A stretch of 64,000 nt of DNA, taken from positions 2,108,001 to 2,172,000 of the forward strand of contig CM082590.2 in the NCBI GenBank assembly GCA_040954595.2, read 5' to 3'. The notes below the pieces were generated by a model. That model did not search any database. It was not told where the DNA came from and saw nothing but the letters and a program-made list of their open reading frames with translations. The stretch's first letter is position 1, and the number at the start of each line of letters is the position of its first letter. The stretch is from Balanoglossus misakiensis (taxonomy: Eukaryota; Animalia; Hemichordata). This document shows, in pieces, positions 27,438 to 36,400 of this stretch. The position numbers were made by a program, and so were the translations under genes.

Positions 27438-28583
27438 TTATTTCGACTTATTGACAGGTTTAATATTATCATTATTTGCATCGTATGTATATGCTGTACC
27501 TTCAATAATAATTTTATCATAGGAGAGTTTGCAACGTTTATTGTTTTCACGGGCTTGTCTAAGAAATTTAAATAAGTTCTTTCTGGTATTACGTACACGT
27601 GCTGAAAAGTCTTCGGCGATGCGGTACTGTGTCTGTGTTCCCTTCCACTTCGACGTCGCACGCAGCACCTGTTCTTTCTGCTTGAAACTTGCGCACTTGG
27701 CTATGATTGGTCGCGGTCTCGATCTGGTATTCAGGCGGTGTGCTCGTTCCAGTTCCACGTCATCAACACCTAGTTCCTTTTCCAATAACGTTTTCACCTT
27801 TTCTTCGCTTTCCGACCAAGTTTCACTGCCATCTTGTGACACAGCAATTCCATGCACAATAATATTATTACGTTTTAATTGCGATGAGAGGTAGTCAGAT
27901 TCGGCCTCCACTTTGCACACTCGTTCACGTAACTGTTCGTTTTCAATCTGAAGTATTCTAACTTTTTCATGTTCATGCTGTAGTTCCTTCCTCAAATCTG
28001 TCATATCTGTTTCCAATTGACCTATTTTGGTATGAATCTCGTCTGATAGAGATTTAATTTGAGATGATATTGACCGTTTTACACTGCCAAGTTCATTCAT
28101 AATATCGTTCATCGTAAAACTGCTATCACCAATTTTACCTGTAGTGCTATCCGTGTGCAGCTCTTCAAGCGACATAGAACGGGTGGTACTGCGTAGTTCC
28201 CGTACCCCTCCACAAACCGTGTCCGTAATTTTCGGTTGTTTCGTTGTTTTTGGCTGGTTTGGGCCGGGGTTAGATTCAATATCACCGCTCAAAAGTAGCC
28301 GTTGCTCGGAACCGTATATATTTACCACATTTGAACTAATACAGTGTTCGGCGTACAAATCCATGCACTCACCATGATTTTCAAACAATGTCATGCTATA
28401 GTCCGTACGGAGTCCGTTTCCCCATGGTGTTTGCACCACCAACATCTCATACGTCTCCGAGAAATACGTGAGCACCGCTGAGTTGGCGAGCTTCAGTGTC
28501 TCCTCATCTGCGAACGCGAGGCTAATGACAAGCACAGGCAGTGTTACCATCAGTGTGCATGCTAATCGGTAGCCAATTTCCAT
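27438..28583 (-). CDS. LINE ORF1: N-terminal hydrophobic leader + 2A peptide + L1-type ORF1p (coiled coil, RRM, CTD; Transposase_22-like)
   Basis: 381 aa with an ATG start. A heptad-rich segment at aa ~160-235 is followed by RNNIIVHGI, ERAHRL, PRPIIAKC and IAEDFS, which are typical of the L1-type ORF1p RRM/CTD. Confidence 0.9.
   Translation of the reverse strand: MEIGYRLACTLMVTLPVLVISLAFADEETLKLANSAVLTYFSETYEMLVVQTPWGNGLRTDYSMTLFENHGECMDLYAEHCISSNVVNIYGSEQRLLLSGDIESNPGPNQPKTTKQPKITDTVCGGVRELRSTTRSMSLEELHTDSTTGKIGDSSFTMNDIMNELGSVKRSISSQIKSLSDEIHTKIGQLETDMTDLRKELQHEHEKVRILQIENEQLRERVCKVEAESDYLSSQLKRNNIIVHGIAVSQDGSETWSESEEKVKTLLEKELGVDDVELERAHRLNTRSRPRPIIAKCASFKQKEQVLRATSKWKGTQTQYRIAEDFSARVRNTRKNLFKFLRQARENNKRCKLSYDKIIIEGTAYTYDANNDNIKPVNKSK
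28260..28298 (-). other. 2A (StopGo/ribosomal skipping) peptide LLLSGDIESNPG|P, ORF1 aa 96-108
   Basis: Exact match to the D(V/I)ExNPGP consensus with the usual upstream LLxxG. GAT (Asp) is at 28283-28281 and CCA (Pro) at 28262-28260. Confidence 0.9.
28509..28583 (-). other. Putative signal peptide or signal anchor (ORF1 aa 1-25)
   Basis: MEIGYR-LACTLMVTLPVLVISL-AFA|DEE shows a basic residue, a hydrophobic core and an A-x-A cleavage motif followed by acidic residues. Judged by eye only. Confidence 0.65.
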
Positions 28584-28607
28584 TGCTAATGACCATCTGG
28601 TATGTGG

Positions 28608-29077
28608 GTCGTATTAGTCCTGTTTCAAAATGACCTACATTACACGTCCTATACACATGTATTGCCTGTTCTGATTGGTTTATCCGATTCTCTAAGGTCC
28701 ACTTGCGGCACGCTGATTGGAGGGACCTTGTAGGTTAGGTCTTATTACTATGTATTATTCACTAGACCTTGTAGGTTAGGTCTTATTACTATGCATTATT
28801 CACTTAACAGCTCCCTGATTGGTTAACGTGTCAGTCTGGTCCCCCATGTGTTCACTGCCTCATTATACAGGACCTTGTAGGTTAGGTCTTATTACTATGT
28901 ATTATTCACTTTACAGCTCCCTGATTGGTTATTGTGTAGGTCTGGTCCTCCAGTGTTCACTGCCTCATTATGCAGGACCTTGTAGGTTAGGTCTTATTAA
29001 TATGTATTTATTCACCATACAGCTCCCTGATTGGTTAACGTGTCAGTCTGGTCCCCCCCAGTGTTCACTGCCTCATT
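28608..29077. repeat. Left arm of long inverted repeat in the LINE 5' leader; one 41-bp partial unit plus three ~105-bp tandem units
   Basis: Units begin GACCTTGTAGGTTAGGTCTTATTA at 28724, 28765, 28871 and 28976. The arm is reverse-complementary to 29872-30222. Confidence 0.92.
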
Positions 29078-30170
29078 GTGAAATGTCCCATGTGCTTCCT
29101 GGCTAGCGTTGTGGTAACACATTATTCGGTTTGTCCGCAGATCGTTCATTGATTTTCTGAGAAATAGCCTGACTGATACTATCTCCAACATAAACCGCAC
29201 CCTGGAAAGATTAAATGATCATTTAGATGGAATTTGAAAATCTGATTTACTCATCTAAGCATTTTTGCTAACAGTTGTATATTTTTTTAATCACCCTCCT
29301 ACTTCTCATCATCAATTTTATTATTGTTGTTATTACTATTTTAAAGTAAATTTGTTTTGACGAAGATGTTGTGATAAGGACCACGTTGTCCGTTTATACA
29401 TTCCTATATTGTTTTCATAAAAATGGAACTATGACGGTGCAGCTTCGTGAAAGAAGTACAATAAAAGTTATCATACCTGCAAAGCAACTAATGAGGTATC
29501 CCAAAGAAATGCAATGCTATTCTAAACAATTCTATTGTAAGATATTGTTGGTTTGCTCGAATGAATAGCACACACTTCGTATTCAGCCAGGTGTTACACG
29601 AAGTGATGCGCTGAAAGACATTACGTAACAAAACACTAGCCCATTTCAACAAACCGCCCCTGGAAATGAAATACTAAATTTCTCCTGGCAATTTTTATTT
29701 CGAGTATCTAGTTCACAGTATCACATAAAATGCCATGAATAGTGAAGGAAAAGGTGAAATCCAATCATTATATGAGTGCCTTTCTTTATACATTGGGATC
29801 GAGCTTCGACCACGCGCAGGCAGCATGCCAGACAGAATACGACAACTGTAGTCAGAAAGTACAAAAGACTTTGCATAACGAGGCAGTGAAATCTGGAGAC
29901 CTACACATTAACCAATCAGGGAGCTGAAAATTGAATAAATACATATTAATAAGACCTAACCTACAAGGTCCTGCATAATGAGGCAGTGAACACTGGAGGA
30001 CCAGACCTACACATTAACCAATCAGGGAGGTGTAAAGCGAATAATACATAGTAATAAGACCTAACCTACAAGGTCTAGTGAATAATACAAAATAATAAGA
30101 CCTAACACATAAGGTCCCTCCAATCAGCGTGCCGCAAGTGGACCTAAGATTACCAGATGGACCAATCACA
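28671..30170. promoter_or_regulatory. Two mirror-image clusters of CCAAT boxes (possible divergent promoters)
   Basis: CTGATTGG at ~28671, 28713, 28815, 28921 and 29027; CCAATCA at ~29922, 30018, 30120 and 30162. The motif is seen directly; promoter function is inferred. Confidence 0.45.
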
Positions 30171-30222
30171 GATGTCGGTACATATGTCATGGACCTGACT
30201 TATGAAACAGGACTATTCCGAC
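29872..30222. repeat. Right arm of long inverted repeat; two ~100-105-bp units plus a partial unit
   Basis: AGGTCCCTCCAATCAGCGTGCCGCAAGTGGACCT (ends 30145) is the exact reverse complement of 28695-28728. TGAAACAGGACTA (30203-30215) matches TAGTCCTGTTTCA (28615-28627). Confidence 0.92.
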
Positions 30223-30438
30223 GGCAAAGTTACCATTTTCCACGAAGTTGGTTGCGAAAAACAGCCGATACGACAACGCCAGGCGTTTAGAGCAACTCCC
30301 ATCGTATAAAATATGTCTTTCGTCACCAAGTCAGAACCGCGTTGGTTAAAATTTAGGAGGAAATGCGGTAGAATTTTCAGTTAGCTTCGGGAGCTCCGTC
30401 CGCACGAGGCACACCCTTCGAGAGCCACAGGTGCAATC
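30216..30438 (-). promoter_or_regulatory. CpG-rich 5' terminal segment of the LINE (candidate internal promoter)
   Basis: Many CpGs compared with the AT-rich ORF2 and the CpG-poor satellite. Its position at the element 5' end is where LINEs carry internal promoters. Confidence 0.4.
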
Positions 30439-30451
30439 GGGTACAAATTCT
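30439..30451 (+). repeat. Target-site duplication, right copy (GGGTACAAATTCT)
   Basis: Identical to 23756-23768. Removing the element plus one copy restores an intact monomer …CCAGGGGTACAAATTCTCTGCCCTAG…. Confidence 0.93.
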
Positions 30452-33400
30452 CTGCCCTAGCAAGGTCCAGGGGTACCAATTCTCTGCCCTAGCAAGGGCC
30501 AGGGGTACCAATTCTCTGCCCTAGCAAGGGCCAGGGGTACCAATTCTCTGCCCTAGCAAGGTCCAGGGGAACTTATTCTCTGCCCTATCAAGGTCCATGG
30601 GTTCTTATTCTCTGCCCTAGCAAGGTCCAGGGGTACCAATTCTCTGCCCTATCAAGGTCCATGGGTTCTTATTCTCTGCCCTAGCAAGGTCCAGGGGTAC
30701 CAATTCTCTGCCCTAGCAAGGGCCAGGGGTACTTATTCTCTGCCCTAGCAAGGGCCAGGGGTACCAATTCTCTGCCCTAGCAAGGGCCAGGGGTACCAAT
30801 TCTCTGCCCTAGCAAGGGCCAGGGGTACCAATTCTCTGCCCTAGCAAGGTCCAGGGGTACTTATTCTCTGCCCTATCAAGGTCCATGAGTTCTTATTCTC
30901 TGCCCTAGCAAGGTCCAGGGGTACTTATTCTCTGCCCTAGCAAGGTCCAGGGGTACCAATTCTCTGCCCTAGCAAGGGCCAGGGGTACTTATTCTCTGCC
31001 CTAGCAAGGGCCAGGGGTACTTATTCTCTGCCCTAGCAAGGTCCAGGGGTACCAATTCTCTGCCCTAGCAAGGGCCAGGGGTACTTATTCTCTGCCCTAG
31101 CAAGGGCCAGGGGTACCAATTCTCTGCCCTAGCAAGGGCCAGGGGTACCAATTCTCTGCCTAGCAAGGGCCAGGGGTACCAATTCTCTGCCCTATCAAGG
31201 TCCAGGGGTACTTATTCTCTGCCCTATCAAGGTCCATGGGTTCTTATTCTCTGCCCTAGCAAGGTCCAGGGGTACCAATTCTCTGCCCTAGCAAGGTCCA
31301 GGGGTACTTATTCTCTGCCCTAGCAAGGGCCAGGGGTACTTATTCTCAGCCCTAGCAAGGGCCAGGGGTACAAATTCTCTGCCCTAGCAAGGTCCAGGGG
31401 TACCAATTCTCTGCCCTAGCAAGGGCCAGGGGTACTTATTCTCTGCCCTATCAAGGTCCATGGGTTCTTATTCTCTGCCCTAGCAAGGTCCAGGGGTACC
31501 AATTCTCTGCCCTAGCAAGGGCCAGGGGTACTTATTCTCTGCCCTATCAAGGTCCAGGGGTACTTATTCTCAGCCCTAGCAAGGACCAGGGGTACCAATT
31601 CTCCGCCCTAGCAAGGGCCAGGGTACCAATTCTCTGCCCTAGCAAGGTCCAGGGGTACTTATTCCCTGCCCTATCAAGGTCCATGGGTTCTTATTCTCTG
31701 CCCTAGCAAGGTCCAGGGGTACCAATTCTCTGCCCTAGCAAGGTCCAGGGGTACTTATTCTCTGCCCTAGCAAGGGCCAGGGGTACTTATTCTCAGCCCT
31801 AGCAAGGGCCAGGGGTACAAATTCTTTGCCCTAGCAAGGTCCCGGGGTACCAATTCTCTGCCCTAGCAAGGGCCAGGGGTACTTATTCTCTGCCCTATCA
31901 AGGTCCATGGGTTCTTATTCTCTGCCCTAGCAAGGTCCAGGGGTACCAATTCTCTGCCCTAGCAAGGGCCAGGGGTACTTATTCTCTGCCCTATCAAGGT
32001 CCAGGGGTACTTATTCTCAGCCCTAGCAAGGTCCAGGGGTACCAATTCTCTGCCCTAGCAAGGGCCAGGGGTACTTATTCTCTGCCCTAGCAAGGGCCAG
32101 GAGTACCAATTCTCTGCCCTAGCAAGGGCCAGAGGTACTTATTCTCTGCCCTAGCAAGGGCCAGGGGTACTTATTCTCTGCCCTAGCAAGGGCCAGGGGT
32201 ACTTATTCTCTGTCCTATCAAGGTCCATGGGTACTTATTCTCTGCCTTAGCAAGGTCCAGGGGTACCAATTCTCAGCCCTAGCAAGGGCCAGGGGTACCA
32301 ATTCACAGCCCTAGCAAGGGCCAGGGGTACCAATTCTCTGCACTAGCAAGGGCCAGGGGTACCAATTCTCTGCCCTAGCAAGGTCCAGGGGTACTTATTC
32401 TCTGCCCTATCAAGGTCCATGGGTTCTTATTCTCTGCCCTAGCAAGGTCCAGGGGTACCAATTCTCTGCCCTAGCAAGGTCCATGTGTACTTATTCTCTG
32501 CCCTAGCAAGGGCCAGGGGTACTTATTCTCAGCCCTAGCAAGGGCCAGGGGTACAAATTCTCTGCCCTAGCAAGGTCCAGGGGTACCAATTCTCTGCCCT
32601 AGCAAGGGCCAGGGGTACCAATTCTCTGCCCTAGCAAGGGCCAGGGGTACCAATTCTCTGCCCTAGCAAGGTCCAGGGGTACTTATTCTCTGCCCTAGCA
32701 AGGTCCAGGGGTACCAATTCTCTGCCCTAGCAAGGGCCAGGGGTACTTATTCTCTGCCCTAGCAAGGGCCAGTGGTACCAATTCTCTGCCCTAGCAAAGT
32801 CCAGGGGAACTTATTCTCTGCCCTATCAAGGTCCATGGGTTCTTATTCTCTGCCCTAGCAAGGGCCAGGGGTACCAATTCTCTGCCCTAGCAAGGGCCAG
32901 GGGTACCAATTCTCTGCCCTAGCAAGGTCCAGGGGTACCAATTCACAGCCCTAGCAAGGGCCAGGGGTACTTATTCTCTGCCCTAGCAAGGTCCAGGGGT
33001 ACCAATTCTCTGCCCTAGCAAGGGCCAGGGGTACTTATTCTCTGCCCTAGCAAGGGCCAGGGGTACCAATTCTCTGCCCTAGCAAGGGCCAGGGGTACCA
33101 ATTCTCTGCCCTAGCGAGGGCCAGGGGTACCAATTCTCTGCCCTAGCAAGGTCCAGGGGTACTTATTCTCTGCCCTATCAAGGTCTATGGGTTCTTATTC
33201 TCTGCCCTAGCAAGGTCCAGGGGTACCAATTCTCTGCCCTAGCAAGGTCCAGGGGTACTTATTCTCTGCCCTAGCAAGGGCCAGGGGTACTTATTCTCTG
33301 CCCTAGCAAGGGCCAGTGGTACAAATTCTCTGCCCTAGCAAGGTCCAGGGGTACCAATTCTCTGCCCTAGCAAGGTCCAGGGGTACTTATTCTCTGCCCT

Positions 33401-36400
33401 AGCAAGGGCCAGGGGTACCAATTCACAGCCCTAGCAAGGGCCAGGGGTACCAATTCTCTGCCCTAGCAAGGGCCAGGGGTACTTATTCTCTGCCCTAGCA
33501 AGGGCCAGTGGTACCAATTCTCTGCCCTAGCAAGGTCCAGGGGAACTTATTCTCTGCCCTATAAAGGTCCATGGGTTCTTATTCTCTGCCCTAGCAAGGG
33601 CCAGGGGTACCAATTCTCTGCCCTAGCAAGGTCCATGGGTTCTTATTCTCTGCCCTAGCAAGGTCCAGGGGTACCAATTCTCTGCCCTAGCAAGGGCCAG
33701 GGGTACCAATTCTCTGCCCTAGCAAGGGCCAGGGGTACCAATTCTCTGCCCTAGCAAGGTCCAGGGGTACTTATTCTCTGCCCTATCAAGGTCTATGGGT
33801 TCTTATTCTCTGCCCTAGCAAGGTCCAGGGGTACCAATTCTCTGCCCTAGCAAGGTCCAGGGGTACTTATTCTCTGCCCTAGCAAGGGCCAGGGGTACTT
33901 ATTCTCTGCCCTAGCAAGGGCCAGTGGTACAAATTCTCTGCCCTAGCAAGGTCCAGGGGTACCAATTCTCTGCCCTAGCAAGGTCCAGGGGTACTTATTC
34001 TCTGCCCTAGCAAGGGCCAGGGGTACCAATTCAAAGCCCTAGCAAGGGCCAGGGGTACCAATTCTCTGCCCTAGCAAGGGCCAGGGGTACTTATTCTCTG
34101 CCCTAGCAAGGGCCAGTGGTACCAATTCTCTGCCCTAGCAAGGTCCAGGGGAACTTATTCTCTGCCCTATCAAGGTCCATGGGTTCTTATTCTCTGCCCT
34201 AGCAAGGGCCAGGTGTACCAATTCTCTGCCCTAGCAAGGTCCATGGGTTCTTATTCTCTGCCCTAGCAAGGTCCAGGGGTACCAATTCTCTGCCCTAGCA
34301 AGGGCCAGGGGTACTTATTCTCTGCCCTAGGAAGGGCCAGGGGTACCAATTCTCTGCCCTAGCAAGGGCCAGGGGTACCAATTCTCTGCCCTAACAAGGG
34401 CCAGGGGTACCAATTCTCTGCCCTACCAAGGTCCAGGGGAACTTATTCTCTGCCCTATCAAGGTCCATGGGTTCTTATTCTCTGCCCTAACAAGGTCCAG
34501 GGGTACCAATTCTCTGCCCTATCAAGGTCCATGGGTTCTTATTCTCTGCCCTAGCAAGGTCCAGGGGTACCAATTCTCTGCCCTAGCAAGGGCCAGGGGT
34601 ACTTATTCTCTGCCCTAGCAAGGGCCAGGGGTACCAATTCTCTGCCCTAGCAGGGGCCAGGGGTACCAATTCTGTGCCCTAGCAAGGGCCAGTGGTACCA
34701 ATTCTCTGCCCTAGCAAGGTCCAGGGGTACTTATTCTCTGCCCTATCAAGGTCCATGGGTTCTTATTCTCTGCCCTAGCAATGTCCAGTGGTACCAATTC
34801 TCTGCCCTAGCAAGGTCCAGGGGTACAAATTCTCTGCCCTAGCAAGGGCCAGGGGTACCAATTCTCTGCCCTAGCAAGGGCCAGGGGTACCAATTCTCTG
34901 CCCTAGCAAGGTCCAGGGGAACTTATTCTCTGCCCTATCAAGGTCCATGGGTTCTTATTCTCTGCCCTAGCAAGGTCCAGGGGTACCAATTCTCTGCCCT
35001 ATCAAGGTCCATGGGTTCTTATTCTCTGCCCTAGCATGGTCCAGGGGTACCAATTCTCTGCCCTAGCAAGATCCAGGGGTACCAATTCTCTGCCCTAGCA
35101 AGGGCCAGGGGTACCAATTCTCTGCCCTAGCAAGGTCCAGGGGAACTTATTCTCTGCCTATCAAGGTCCATGGGTTCTTATTCTCTCATCCTAGCAAGGC
35201 CCAGGGGTACCAATTCTCTGCCCTAGCAAGATCCAGGGGTACAAATTCTCTGCCCTAGCAAGGGCCAGGGGTACCAATTCTTTGCCCTAGCAAGGGCCAG
35301 GGGTACCAATTCTCTGCCCTAGCAAGGGCCAGGGGTACCAATTCTCTGCCCTAGCAAGGTCCAGGGGTACTTATTCTCTGCCCTATCAAGGTCTATGGGT
35401 TCTTATTCTCTGCCCTAGCAAGGTCCAGGGGTACTTATTCTCTGCCCTAGCAAGGGCCAGGGGTACTTATTCTCTGCCCTAGCAAGGGCCAGTGGTACAA
35501 ATTCTCTGCCCTAGCAAGGTCCAGGGGTACCAATTCTCTGCCCTAGCAAGGTCCAGGGGTACTTATTCTCTGCCCTAGCAAGGGCCAGGGGTACCAATTC
35601 ACAGCCCTAGCAAGGGCCAGGGGTACCAATTCTCTGCCCTAGCAAGGGCCAGTGGTACCAATTCTCTGCCCTAGCAAGGTCCAGGGGAACTTATTCTCTG
35701 CCCTATCAAGGTCCATGGGTTCTTATTCTCTGCCCTAGCAAGGGCCAGGGGTACCAATTCTCTGCCCTAGCAAGGTCCATGGGTTCTTATTCTCTGCCCT
35801 AGCAAGGTCCAGGGGTACCAATTCTCTGCCCTAGCAAGGGCCAGGGGTACTTATTCTCTGCCCTAGGAAGGGCCAGGGGTACCAATTCTCTGCCCTAGCA
35901 AGGGCCAGGGGTACCAATTCTCTGCCCTAACAAGGGCCAGGGGTACCAATTCTCTGCCCTACCAAGGTCCAGGGGAACTTATTCTCTGCCCTATCAAGGT
36001 CCATGGGTTCTTATTCTCTGCCCTAACAAGGTCCAGGGGTACAAATTCTCTGCCCTATCAAGGTCCATGGGTTCTTATTCTCTGCCCTAGCAAGGTCCAG
36101 GGGTACCAATTCTCTGCCCTAGCAAGGGCCAGGGGTACTTATTCTCTGCCCTAGCAAGGGCCAGGGGTACCAATTCTCTGCCCTAGCAAGGTCCAGTGGT
36201 ACCAATTCTCTGCCCTAGCAAGGGCCAGGGGTACTTATTCTCTGCCCTATCAAGGTCCATGGGTTCTTATTCTCTGCCCTAGCAAGGTCCAGTGGTACCA
36301 ATTCTCTGCCCTAACAAGGTCCAGGGGTACAAATTCTCTGCCCTAGCAAGGGCCAGGGGTACCAATTCTCTGCCCTAGCAAGGGCCAGGGGTACCAATTC

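Larger units (their letters stand above)
23769..30438 (-). mobile_element. Apparently full-length non-LTR retrotransposon (LINE, APE-type, RTE-X-like), 6670 bp, inserted in the satellite
   Basis: ORF1 and ORF2 (APE-RT) are intact on the minus strand. The 3' end is A-rich (…GCAAATAAATAAATATTA) and a 13-bp TSD lies at both junctions. The clade is inferred from the ORF2 C-terminus (HQLSIETGR…CxxC…EDEYHFLFEC) and the presence of a TSD; it needs an RT phylogeny. Confidence 0.95.

Noticed and set aside
27436-27440. TAATG stop-start coupling to ORF2, as in SART1
   Set aside because: The overlapping ATG is out of frame with ORF2 and closes after 8 codons.
23963-28377. Alternative-frame and antisense ORFs overlapping ORF1 and ORF2
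   Set aside because: They are short shadows of the real ORFs with no recognisable motifs.
28819-29927. ORFs of 61-95 aa in the 5' leader
   Set aside because: They derive from the ~105-bp repeat units or the AT-rich spacer, mostly have non-ATG starts, and show no recognisable domains.
28608-30222. LTRs or an autonomous DNA transposon
   Set aside because: The repeats are inverted and internal to the TSD-bounded LINE. There is no transposase between the arms and no evident TSD around them.
30370-30438. HDV-like self-cleaving ribozyme at the element 5' end (GGCTCT/GGAGCT pairing with a G-U first pair, GCTAA downstream)
   Set aside because: I could not build convincing P2, P3 or P1.1 helices by eye. 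A descriptor or covariance search would be needed.
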